From contig CAWGUL010000005.1 in assembly GCA_963825905.1 (NCBI GenBank), positions 25,751 through 89,750 on the forward strand: a stretch of DNA of 64,000 bases, written 5' to 3'. Positions 46,486 to 55,469 of this stretch are shown piece after piece. A model generated the notes under the pieces. It was not told where the DNA came from and did no database searches. It was given only the letters and a program-made list of their open reading frames with translations. This DNA comes from an uncultured Chloroflexia bacterium. Its GTDB lineage: Bacteria > Chloroflexota > Limnocylindria > QHBO01. The translations under genes were made by a program, and so were the position numbers. Numbering within the stretch: position 1 is the first letter of the stretch; every line of letters starts with the position of its first letter.

Positions 46486-48609
46486 ATGGCCACCACGCGG
46501 CGCGCGGCATCGCTCGTCCTGGCGATCACGGCGCTCGCGATCGGCCCGTGGCCCGTGGCCGCGATCGACGACACGCCTGCCGTCTCGCTGCCCGCCGAGG
46601 CGCCGTCGGTGACCCTCCCCGGCACGACGTACGGGGCGGTCGCGGCCGACCTCGACGGGGACGGCGCGCCGGAGCTCGTTCGGCTCGTGGCGGCGTCCGA
46701 CGGCTCGGGCCGCATGTCGGTCGACGCGTGGCGGCAGCCCGCGTCCGGGGAGCCGGTGCAGCTCGGTGAGCGCACGCTGCGCCGCGACGCGAGCGTCGAC
46801 GAGCAGCTGTCCGGCCTGCCGCGCCCGGGGACGGACGGCACGCTGCCGGTCGAGGTCAACGACGCGGCCCGCCTGCTCCTCCTCCACGACCACGGCCGGG
46901 TGCGCGTCATCGCGGCCGGGATCGGCCTCGACATTCCCGGCGGTCGGCCCTGCTGCCTCACCCTGGTCGAGGTCGGACTGGCGGGATCCCAGGTCACGCT
47001 GACTCCACTGGCGGGGCAGCAGCAGGACGCCATCGGGCTGGTGGCGATCGACCTCGACCACGACGGGGTGGACGAGGTGGTCGCGATCGAGCTTCCCGAT
47101 GCTGGGGGCCGGCTGCCGCTCCGCATCTACCGCCCGCTGACGCCGGGCGTTCGGACCCAGACCGTGCTGGTCGATGTGACCGCGATCGACGTCGACAACG
47201 CCATCGTGGCGGACTCCGACCGCGTCGCGGGTGACGAGCTGCTGGCCGTGGCGAACCGTGGGACCAGCGCCGGCGCGTCCGAGCCCGTGCTGACCCGCCT
47301 GGCGTGGCGCGGTGGCGCCCCCGTCGTCGACATCGCGCCGCTGACGGTCCCAGGTCCCTTCGCCGTCCTGCGCCATGGCGGCCGGCCGCTCATCGTCCTC
47401 TCGTCGCCGGAGCTGGGACAGACGGTCGCGGCCGCCTGGCCGGCGAACGGGTCCCTCGCCGTCGTGGCGCACTCCCCGGAGGCGGTGACGCCGCTCACCG
47501 TCATCGGGAGCGGGACGGCAGAGCGGCTGCTCGCCCGACCGACCGCCGACCCGTCGACCGTCGTCGCGCTCGACGCCGCGCTCCGCGGCGTGCCGTACCT
47601 GAGCCCGACCCCGGGTGCGGCGGCGATCGCCGCGAGCGGCTATGCACCAGTGTCGCCATATACCGGGCCCTGGCCCGGCGGCCCGGACGGGACCGGCCGA
47701 ACACCCGCCTACGTTGTGGCCGGGCGGTTGGTCCAGGACGGCAGCACGCGGCCGGTCGTCGCCATGGCGGGCGTCGAGCCGGTCGGGTCGGTGGGAGCAT
47801 CGGGGCGGGTGACGGCGCTCTTCGTCGGGGACCTCTCGCATCAACGGCGTCCCCCCGCGCTCGCGGCGCCAACGCCTGGCAGCATCGTCCTCGTGTCGAC
47901 GCAGCAGCTCCTCACCCACGAGGCCCGGGATGGCGTCCTGCCGATCGGCCTCCATGGTGCGGTGCCGATCACGGCTGATCCGAAGCGGCTCGTGATCCCG
48001 GGTCCGTCCTTCGACGTGCTGGTGGGCGGCCCCATCGGGACCATCGTCGTGGCGCTGGTCGATGGCGCTCCTCCGCAGTTCGCGCAGACGGGCGGATCGG
48101 CCGTTGGCGAGGTGACGCTGCCGGTCTCCGTCGGCGACCGGGCGGCCGCCGACCTCCGCGTGCTGGCAATCACCCCGTCCGGCGCCGGCTACGCCACGAC
48201 GTGGCGCGTCGAGCAGCGAGCCGCGCCGCCGCCGCTGGCCGTGAGCACGCCGATGGTGTCGCTCGGCGGCACCGTGCGCCTCGACGGCCAGACCGATCCG
48301 GGCGTCACGGTCGAGGTGCGAGGCGCGCCGGTCGCGGTCGGCGGCGACGGCCGCTTCAGCGTCACCGTGGCTGCCGGACTCACCCCGCTCGACGTCGCCG
48401 TGCAGGCGACGGACATCGTCGGCAACCGGGCGCGGCAGACGGTCAGCGTGGTGGGCTGGGTCGACTACCGGCGTCTGCCGTGGCTGGGCATCGTCGTCCT
48501 CCTCACCGTGGCGGCTGCGGCGGCGCTGTGGCAGATGGCCCCCGGTCCGCGGCGCTGGGCGAGGCATGGGCCGGACGACGACGCCGGGCTCGAGGAGCTC
48601 GACGCCTAG
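46486..48609 (+). CDS. secreted, C-terminally membrane-anchored protein with FG-GAP/VCBS-like motifs and an Ig-like domain
   Basis: Signal peptide RRAASLVLAITALAIGPWPVAA. DLDGDGAPELV and DLDHDGVDEVV calcium-loop-like motifs. Ig-like block VRLDGQTDPGVTVEVRG...GDGRFSVTV. C-terminal TM LPWLGIVVLLTVAAAAALW. Confidence 0.6.
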   Translation: MATTRRAASLVLAITALAIGPWPVAAIDDTPAVSLPAEAPSVTLPGTTYGAVAADLDGDGAPELVRLVAASDGSGRMSVDAWRQPASGEPVQLGERTLRRDASVDEQLSGLPRPGTDGTLPVEVNDAARLLLLHDHGRVRVIAAGIGLDIPGGRPCCLTLVEVGLAGSQVTLTPLAGQQQDAIGLVAIDLDHDGVDEVVAIELPDAGGRLPLRIYRPLTPGVRTQTVLVDVTAIDVDNAIVADSDRVAGDELLAVANRGTSAGASEPVLTRLAWRGGAPVVDIAPLTVPGPFAVLRHGGRPLIVLSSPELGQTVAAAWPANGSLAVVAHSPEAVTPLTVIGSGTAERLLARPTADPSTVVALDAALRGVPYLSPTPGAAAIAASGYAPVSPYTGPWPGGPDGTGRTPAYVVAGRLVQDGSTRPVVAMAGVEPVGSVGASGRVTALFVGDLSHQRRPPALAAPTPGSIVLVSTQQLLTHEARDGVLPIGLHGAVPITADPKRLVIPGPSFDVLVGGPIGTIVVALVDGAPPQFAQTGGSAVGEVTLPVSVGDRAAADLRVLAITPSGAGYATTWRVEQRAAPPPLAVSTPMVSLGGTVRLDGQTDPGVTVEVRGAPVAVGGDGRFSVTVAAGLTPLDVAVQATDIVGNRARQTVSVVGWVDYRRLPWLGIVVLLTVAAAAALWQMAPGPRRWARHGPDDDAGLEELDA

Positions 48610-51566
48610 TCGCCGCCACGCCGGCGGCGCGCCAGCCTGGCGCTGAGCGACTCCTCCGCTGCTGCGGCGGCAGCAGGTGCTGCCGGCTCGGCGTTCGCAG
48701 GAGGCGACGGCGAGCGCGAGGGCACGCGAGCCGCCTCGGCAGGCGCCGGGGGCGGGATCGCCTCGGTCCCGACAGGCGGAGGCGGGGGCGCGGCGGGCTC
48801 GGCACCGCGCGCCGGCGCGTCGGTGCGGACACTGCGGTCGGTGAGGCCGCGACGCCGCTCGGTCGCGGCCCGCAGCTCGGCCAGCCCGGGGACGACCTCG
48901 GGAGCGCGCTCGCCGCGTCCGAGCCGGCGCGCGACCCAGCCCTGCGCTCGCCGCAGATCGCCCCGCGTCAGCGCGACGCGCCGTACGCCGATGTCGAGCG
49001 GGACGAGCAGGATCGCGAGCAGCAGCAGCCAGGGCCAGATGGGGGTCGGGAAGGCGGCCGCCGCGATGTCGTGTCGCCACAGGCCGGCGAGCGCCCGCGG
49101 ATCGGCGGGATCGAACGTGCGACCCGCTCCGCCGCGGGCAAGCCCGCGGAGCGCGTCCGGGTCGACGCCCAGGCGCCGGAACTCCTCGGCCGCGGGCGAC
49201 ACGATCCCGAGCGTCCGGCTCGCGGACGCCCCGCCGTCGGTCGTCTGTGCCACGCGGACGAGGTACGCGCCCGGCGCGTCCGCGCGCACCGTGCCGGCAT
49301 AGCGGCCGGGGCCAACCTGCTCGAGCTGGGCCTGGATCGGGGTGAGGTCGGGCGCCACCAGGCGCAGGACGGTGCGGTAGAAGTTCCGCGGGGCCCCATC
49401 CTCGTCGGTGGAGGTGACCTCCACGTTCAGCTCACCCAGGCGGCCCGGGCTGAACCGAACGTCGATCCCCTGCGCGTCCTGCGGCGGCAACGTCCAGCTG
49501 ACGAGCTGCGCGGCCAGCGTCCCGAACTGCGGGGTGCCGATCCACTGGGTGGCCCACTGCTGGCGTGCGTCGGAGGTCCACGCCACCGCGCGCCCCAGGC
49601 CGTATTGCCACTGCGCGAGCAGTGGATCCTGGCGGGCAGTGAGGAGGGCGACGGTGGCACTGCCCTTGGCGGTGGTGGCGTTGTAGCCGAGCAGCTGAGG
49701 AAGGCGCCCGGCGTCGAGGCCGCGGAGGATGTCCGACGGCGCGGACGGGATGGGCTGGAATGGCTCCTCCACGATCCGTTCCCCCGCGGTGCGGATCGTC
49801 TCCTTGAGGAAGATGTCCGGGATGCGGGTCGCGTCGGACGCGTCGTAGTAGCGGCCACCAGTCCGCTCGGCAAGGTCGCGCAGGATGTGCGCCGCGCCGC
49901 CGCCGGCGCCGATGGTGCTGAGCGTGATGCCGGCCGCCTTCATGTCGGCCAGCAGCTGGTCGTATGCGCCGGAGCGCGACCAGCCATCGGTGATGAGGAT
50001 GATGTGGCGCAACGACGCCGGGTTGTGGACGAGGTCGTCGTAGGCGGCCTTGAGGCCCGCGTAGATGTTCGTCTCGCCATCGGCGCGGAAGCCGAGCGAG
50101 CCCTGCAGCGAACCGATGCTCACCGGCCCGGTGCGGACCGCCCAGTGCGCGCCGGAGTCGAAGGCGACCACGCCGAGCTGGTCGCTGGAGCTCAGCGCAT
50201 CGGCGGCGCGCAGGATCGCCTCCTTCGCGATGTCGACCTTCTCGAAGCCCCGCGTCTGCTGCTGCGAGACGCCCATCTGGTCGCCGGTGCAGTGGCAGTC
50301 GGCCATGCTCCCGCTCTTGTCGACCACCGCCACGAGCGCCACGTCCGGATTCCGATCGCGGTCGCGGACCGACATGTACACGGGCAGCGTCTCCTCGAGC
50401 GGCGTGCCGAGGTAGCCGCCCGCGCCGTAGCTCGCACGGCCTCCCAGCATGACGAGGCCCTTGCCGAGGTCGCGCACGTAGACCTGCAGGGATGCCATCG
50501 TCGCGTCGCCGAGCGCGTCGGCCGGCACGTCGTCGAGGACCACCGCGTCGTAGCCCGCGAGCGTGGCGATCGACGCGGGAACGCCGGTCGGCGGCACGAC
50601 CGTCACCTGCTGCCGCGCGGCGGTGAGGGCGGCCACGAGATCGGCCGCACGCGCCGCGTCGTCCGTCGCGACCAGGACCTGTGGCGGGCCGGTCACGAGC
50701 GTGTAGGCATCGGCCGCGTTGTTCTCGCGGAAGTGGTCCTCGGCTGGCTCGATCACCGCCCGGAAGACATGGAAGCCGGCCTCCGCGGCAGTGACGCTGA
50801 ACTGGAGCGTCATCGTGCCCGGGTGCAGGGTCAGGGCGCGCGTGCCGACCGTGGCACCGTCGGCGAGCAGGCGCAGCGTGGCCGCGGTGTCGACCGTTGA
50901 TCGCACCCGAACCGACAGGTCGATCGTCTCGCCGACCCGGGCCCCATCCGGCGCGTCCACGCCGTCGACGAGCACCTCGCCGTACCGATCGCCGGAGGGC
51001 AGCGCAACGTCGAGGTGGACGCCGGCCGCTGCCGCCGCGAGCACGGCCTGCTGGGCGGCGCCGGCCGTGTCGTTGCCGTCGGAGAGGAGCACGAGCCGCT
51101 GCTGGGCGCCGGCCGGGGCGATGGCCGTCGCGAGACGCACCGCTGCACCGATGTCGGTCGCCCCCACGACCGGCACCGACTCCGGCGTGGCGAGCTCGGC
51201 GATTCCCGACGGGAGGCGGTCGACGAGGGCATTGGCGCCGAAGACGACGACCCCGGCGGTGTCGCCCTGCGGCATCTCGCGCACGGCGGCCCGCGCGGCC
51301 GCCACGAGCGCATCCCGCGTGGCGTCGACCATGCTCGCGCTGCCGTCGACGAGGAACACGACGCTCAGCCGGCCGGCGGGCAGCGCGAGCCGCGCGCCGC
51401 CGAGGACGCCGATCAGGCAGGCGGTGAGCACGAGGCGCAGGACGAGCGACGCGATCCGTCGACCGCCAGGCAGCTGCCGCGCGGCCACCAGCCAGCCCCC
51501 GACGACGACGAGCAGCGCCGGCAGCGAGAGCCACAGCCAGGCGGGGTCGGCGAAGCCGATCGGCAT
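48606..51566 (-). CDS. 986-aa membrane protein with two vWA domains flanking a GATase1-like segment (BatB-like, last gene of the MoxR operon)
   Basis: N-terminal TMs. MIDAS motifs VVFLVDGSASM and LVAVVDKSGSM. Central YDAVVLDDVP...GKGLVMLGG block, C-terminal TM and Pro/Ala-rich tail. Confidence 0.75.
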   Translation of the reverse strand: MPIGFADPAWLWLSLPALLVVVGGWLVAARQLPGGRRIASLVLRLVLTACLIGVLGGARLALPAGRLSVVFLVDGSASMVDATRDALVAAARAAVREMPQGDTAGVVVFGANALVDRLPSGIAELATPESVPVVGATDIGAAVRLATAIAPAGAQQRLVLLSDGNDTAGAAQQAVLAAAAAGVHLDVALPSGDRYGEVLVDGVDAPDGARVGETIDLSVRVRSTVDTAATLRLLADGATVGTRALTLHPGTMTLQFSVTAAEAGFHVFRAVIEPAEDHFRENNAADAYTLVTGPPQVLVATDDAARAADLVAALTAARQQVTVVPPTGVPASIATLAGYDAVVLDDVPADALGDATMASLQVYVRDLGKGLVMLGGRASYGAGGYLGTPLEETLPVYMSVRDRDRNPDVALVAVVDKSGSMADCHCTGDQMGVSQQQTRGFEKVDIAKEAILRAADALSSSDQLGVVAFDSGAHWAVRTGPVSIGSLQGSLGFRADGETNIYAGLKAAYDDLVHNPASLRHIILITDGWSRSGAYDQLLADMKAAGITLSTIGAGGGAAHILRDLAERTGGRYYDASDATRIPDIFLKETIRTAGERIVEEPFQPIPSAPSDILRGLDAGRLPQLLGYNATTAKGSATVALLTARQDPLLAQWQYGLGRAVAWTSDARQQWATQWIGTPQFGTLAAQLVSWTLPPQDAQGIDVRFSPGRLGELNVEVTSTDEDGAPRNFYRTVLRLVAPDLTPIQAQLEQVGPGRYAGTVRADAPGAYLVRVAQTTDGGASASRTLGIVSPAAEEFRRLGVDPDALRGLARGGAGRTFDPADPRALAGLWRHDIAAAAFPTPIWPWLLLLAILLVPLDIGVRRVALTRGDLRRAQGWVARRLGRGERAPEVVPGLAELRAATERRRGLTDRSVRTDAPARGAEPAAPPPPPVGTEAIPPPAPAEAARVPSRSPSPPANAEPAAPAAAAAAEESLSARLARRRRGGD

Positions 51567-53521
51567 CAGCGCGTTCCCGTGCGCACGGCCGCCGGCCGCG
51601 CGCTGCGTCGGATGAGCCGGAGCACGGCGCGCCGGCTCGGGCGGTGGAAGAGGAGCCACTCGACGGCGAGGAGGACCAGCGCGGCGAGCGCCAGCGGCCA
51701 GGACCACTCGGCGCGCGCCTCGTTGTCGGCGGCGGCGCGGCTGCCGCCCAACAGCCCCATCTCGCTGATCCGGCGCGGGTCGCCGGGCGCGATGTCCGAC
51801 TCGTCGGGGGAGAAGAGGTTGACCGCGGTCTCGCCCAACAGCGCGCCCGCGCTTCCGTCGTCGTTCACGGCCCGCAGCTCGCGGATCCCCACGTCGGTGG
51901 CGCCGGGCAGCACGACAGCGCCGCCGATGACCGGCAGCTCGAGCGGCGTGCTCGCGCCGGCGCCGCTCACGGCCACCCGGGTCACGGCCGGGTCGAGCGC
52001 CACCGATGCGGCCTCCCCGAGGCGCGCCGACGGAGGCAGGATCCCCACCGCGGGCGGCACGATCGCATCGGTCAGGTTGCTGACGAGCAGCGGGAAGGCG
52101 ACCTGAAGTGGCAGGTCGCTGTCGCCGAGGTCGAACGAGATGAGCCCGATGCCGTGGCCATCACGCGTCCCGACCGCAACGAGCGGTGCGCCGGCCGAGG
52201 TCGCGACCGCCGGCCGCATGCCGGTGGCGAGCGTGACCGTCGGCGTGCGGCCGACATGGACGCTCGACAGGTCGATGTAGCGGAGGAGCGGGTCGTCCGG
52301 GTTCGTGCGGCCGATGGACGGCGCACCGATCACCTGACCCAGCGCTCCGAATGGGCCGTCGGCCTCCGGTCCGACGAAGAGCGACGGGATGCGGGGCGGC
52401 GCCGGCGGCACGAAGCCGTCGAAGACGATGAGGCCATACGGCGTGCCCGCCGTCGCGGCATCGGCGAGAGCGGCGTCGTAGCCGGCGCGATTCACGGCGT
52501 ACAGCTCGAGGCGCGGCAGGAGGGCGAGCGCATTCTCGAGGTACGCGTTGCCATCGCTGACGAGGAGCGTCCGGATCGGTGTGCCGGAGGGCACGATCGC
52601 CAGCGCGCGATCGTCGACGGCGAGCGCGTCGCTGCCGGCGAGGCGCGCCTCGACCACCTTCGCGGCCGACGGAACGGTGCCGATGATCGCCTCCGTGCGC
52701 TGCGCCGCACCGATGGCGAGGTCGCGCGCGTCGACCAGGACGCCGTCGGCGTAGATCTCGAGCCGCCGCGTCACATCCGCCGCCGCGAGGTTCGTGACGG
52801 CGACGAACGTGTCGAGCTGGGCGCCACCCGACCGCCGCACCACGCTGAGCGCCGCCACCGCCTGGTTCGTGTCCGCATCCCCGACGCGCTCGACCACGAC
52901 CGGCGCACCGATGCCGATCGGCGGCAGCCGGTCCGCGGTCGCATCGGTCACCACGACGACGGTCGAGTCGGCGTCTCGGGCGGCTAGGGCGGAGGCGAGC
53001 GCGAACGCATCGGTCAGGTCGCCCGGCAGCTCGGTGGACTGCACGCCGGCGATGGCCGCGAGCGCGGTCGAGCGGTCGCGCGTCTCGGAGGCGAGGACAT
53101 GGGCCGAGTCGTCCGCCGCGACAACGGTGACGCGGCCCCCCTCCGGCAGCCGGCCCACGACGGTCCGCGCCGCCGCGCGCGCCGCCTCGATCCGCGGGCC
53201 GGCGGCATCGGTCGCCCCCATCGAGGCCGACGTGTCGATGACGAGCACGACGTTGGCGGCAAGCTCCGAGCGGACGGTGGCGAACGGCCGCGCCGCGGCG
53301 ATCACCACGAGCGCGGCGATGAGGAGCTGGAGGAGGAGCAGCCAGCTGAAGCGGAGCCGCTGCCACGGCGCGTTCGCCTCGATGTCCCGGACGAGCTGCT
53401 GCCAGAGGAAGGTCGAGCCGACCGGCACGTCGCGCCGCCGGAGCCGCAGCATGTACAACGCGACGATGACCGGCAGCGCGACGAGGCCGGCCAGGGCGAA
53501 TGGCGCGAGGAGCCCGCTCAT
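51566..53521 (-). CDS. BatA-N-terminal-domain plus vWA membrane protein (651 aa)
   Basis: N-terminus LLAPFALAGLVALPVIVALYMLRLRRR (aerotolerance BatA-type), MIDAS VVLVIDTSASM, C-terminal TM. ATGA overlap with the DUF58 stop. Confidence 0.75.
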   Translation of the reverse strand: MSGLLAPFALAGLVALPVIVALYMLRLRRRDVPVGSTFLWQQLVRDIEANAPWQRLRFSWLLLLQLLIAALVVIAAARPFATVRSELAANVVLVIDTSASMGATDAAGPRIEAARAAARTVVGRLPEGGRVTVVAADDSAHVLASETRDRSTALAAIAGVQSTELPGDLTDAFALASALAARDADSTVVVVTDATADRLPPIGIGAPVVVERVGDADTNQAVAALSVVRRSGGAQLDTFVAVTNLAAADVTRRLEIYADGVLVDARDLAIGAAQRTEAIIGTVPSAAKVVEARLAGSDALAVDDRALAIVPSGTPIRTLLVSDGNAYLENALALLPRLELYAVNRAGYDAALADAATAGTPYGLIVFDGFVPPAPPRIPSLFVGPEADGPFGALGQVIGAPSIGRTNPDDPLLRYIDLSSVHVGRTPTVTLATGMRPAVATSAGAPLVAVGTRDGHGIGLISFDLGDSDLPLQVAFPLLVSNLTDAIVPPAVGILPPSARLGEAASVALDPAVTRVAVSGAGASTPLELPVIGGAVVLPGATDVGIRELRAVNDDGSAGALLGETAVNLFSPDESDIAPGDPRRISEMGLLGGSRAAADNEARAEWSWPLALAALVLLAVEWLLFHRPSRRAVLRLIRRSARPAAVRTGTR

Positions 53522-54408
53522 TCGACGACCCTCCGCCGGCGGAGGACATCGAACAGAAGGTCGGCGAGGTCGAGGTCCGAGGGGACGGCGACGTACGAGC
53601 CACCGCGTCGCGTCACGAACTGGCCGATCTCCGCCTGCCACTCGTGGAGGCGGGCGTGGTAGCGCTCCACGAGCTCATCGTCACCGCTCACGTCGATTGC
53701 CTGGCCCGTCTCGCGGTCGACGAGCCGCGCGTCCGGCGCGACATCCGGATCGAGCTCCTCCGGCGCCAGGACGTGGAGGACCGACAGCTGGCAGCGCGTG
53801 CCGGCGAGGTCGCGCAGCGCGTCGAGGTAGCCAGGATCCAGGAGGTCGCTGACCAGGACGAGCGGCCCGCGCCCGCGCAGATGCCCCGCATAGTCGCGCG
53901 CCGCCGCCGCGAGCCCGGTCAGCCGCTCCGGTCGCGGAGCCGAGAGGAAGCCGAACACCTCGAAGACGCGCGCCTTGCCACGCAATGGGCGCAGCATCGT
54001 CGCCCGCCCGTCGCCGAGGAATGCGACGCTGACGCGGTCGAGGTTGGCGAGGCCGAGATACGCCAGCGCCGCTCCCGCCCGGCGCGCGAAGTCGAGCTTG
54101 TTCGGCGCCCCGAAGTCCATCGACGCGCTCGCGTCGACGAGGACGTGCACCGTCACGTCCTCCTCCTCGACGAAGAGCTTGACGAACAGCTTCTCCAGTC
54201 GCGCGTAGACGTTCCAGTCCAGCTGGCGCAGGTCGTCGCCAGTCGAGTAGTTGCGGTAGTCGGCGAACTCGACGCTCTGCCCGCGGCGGAGCGAGCGGCG
54301 CTCGCCTTTCATGCGGCCGGCGGTGAGGCGGCGCGAGGCGAGCTCCAGCGCTTCGAGGCGGCGCAGGAACGCCTCGTCGAAGAGCGTCGCCCGCTCGCTG
54401 ACCGTCAT
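53518..54408 (-). CDS. DUF58 domain-containing protein
   Basis: GERRSLRRGQSVEFADYRNYSTGDDLRQLDWNVYAR...VHVLVDASASM, the typical DUF58 signature. Lies immediately downstream of moxR. Confidence 0.85.
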   Translation of the reverse strand: MTVSERATLFDEAFLRRLEALELASRRLTAGRMKGERRSLRRGQSVEFADYRNYSTGDDLRQLDWNVYARLEKLFVKLFVEEEDVTVHVLVDASASMDFGAPNKLDFARRAGAALAYLGLANLDRVSVAFLGDGRATMLRPLRGKARVFEVFGFLSAPRPERLTGLAAAARDYAGHLRGRGPLVLVSDLLDPGYLDALRDLAGTRCQLSVLHVLAPEELDPDVAPDARLVDRETGQAIDVSGDDELVERYHARLHEWQAEIGQFVTRRGGSYVAVPSDLDLADLLFDVLRRRRVVE

Positions 54409-54436
54409 CGGTTCGGACCGCGGGGCCGGCGGTCGG

Positions 54437-55450
54437 CTACTCGGCAGGCTCGGTGGGCGTCTCGGCGATGATCGACCGCACGACGGCGTCGGTCCCGATT
54501 CCCTCCGCCTCGCCCTCGAAGTTGAGGATCACGCGATGGCGAAGGGCGGGAGCCGCGACCGACTGCACGTCCGCGTAGGCGACGTTGTAGCGACCGTCGA
54601 GCAGGGCGTTGATCTTGGCGCCGAGGACCATCGCCTGCGCGGCGCGCGGCGAGCCGCCGTAGCGCACGTACTGCCGCACGAGGTCCGGCACGTGCTCGGT
54701 GTCCGGGTGCGTGCCGCGCAGGAGGCGCACGGCGTAGGCCATGACGTGCGAAGCGATCGGGACGTCCCGCGCCAGGCGCTGCATGGCGAGCACGTCGTCG
54801 CCGGACGCGACCTTACTGACGGCCGGCACATCGGTCCCGGTCGTGCGCTCCATGATCGCGATCAGCTCCTCCTCTGACGGGAAGGGAACGTCGATCTTGA
54901 AGAAGAACCGATCGAGCTGCGCCTCGGGCAACGGGTACGTGCCCTCCATCTCGAGCGGGTTCTGGGTGGCGAGCACGAAGAACGGCTCGGTCAGCGTGTA
55001 CTGCTGCTTTGCGACCGTGACACGGTGCTCCTGCATCGCCTCGAGCAGGGCGCTCTGCGTCTTCGGGGTGGCGCGGTTGATCTCGTCGGCAAGGACGAGG
55101 TTGCTGAAGATCGGGCCGGCCTGGAAGCGAAACCGCCGCTCGCCGCCCTCCTCGACGATGATGTTCGTGCCCACGATGTCGGCCGGCATGAGGTCCGGCG
55201 TGAACTGGATGCGGCTGAAGTTGAGCTCCAGGACCTCCGACAGCGTGCGCACCAGCATCGTCTTGCCGAGGCCCGGCACGCCCTCCAGCAGCGCGTGCGA
55301 ACCGGCGAGGAGGCTGATGAGCGTCTGCCGGACGAGCTGGTGCTGGCCGACGATGAAGCGCCCCACCTCCGCCTCGATCGTCTGCGCCAGCTCGGCGAAT
55401 CGTTCCGGGCTGATGGGCTCGACCGGCGCTGCGGCGGTCTGATCGGTCAT
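54437..55450 (-). CDS. moxR: MoxR-family AAA+ ATPase
   Basis: Walker A EGVPGLGKT, Walker B VLADEINRATPKTQSALLEAMQE, FVLATQNPLE. GAGGAG Shine-Dalgarno before ATG 55450. Confidence 0.9.
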   Translation of the reverse strand: MTDQTAAAPVEPISPERFAELAQTIEAEVGRFIVGQHQLVRQTLISLLAGSHALLEGVPGLGKTMLVRTLSEVLELNFSRIQFTPDLMPADIVGTNIIVEEGGERRFRFQAGPIFSNLVLADEINRATPKTQSALLEAMQEHRVTVAKQQYTLTEPFFVLATQNPLEMEGTYPLPEAQLDRFFFKIDVPFPSEEELIAIMERTTGTDVPAVSKVASGDDVLAMQRLARDVPIASHVMAYAVRLLRGTHPDTEHVPDLVRQYVRYGGSPRAAQAMVLGAKINALLDGRYNVAYADVQSVAAPALRHRVILNFEGEAEGIGTDAVVRSIIAETPTEPAE

Positions 55451-55469
55451 CGGTCTCCTCGCTCGGTGG

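Noticed and set aside
44449-49080. 1543-aa ORF that looks like a giant gene.
   Set aside because: Only the last 662 codons (from ATG 46437) encode acetoacetyl-CoA synthetase. The upstream 880 codons are Arg-rich read-through, antisense to the well-supported FG-GAP-like gene on the + strand.
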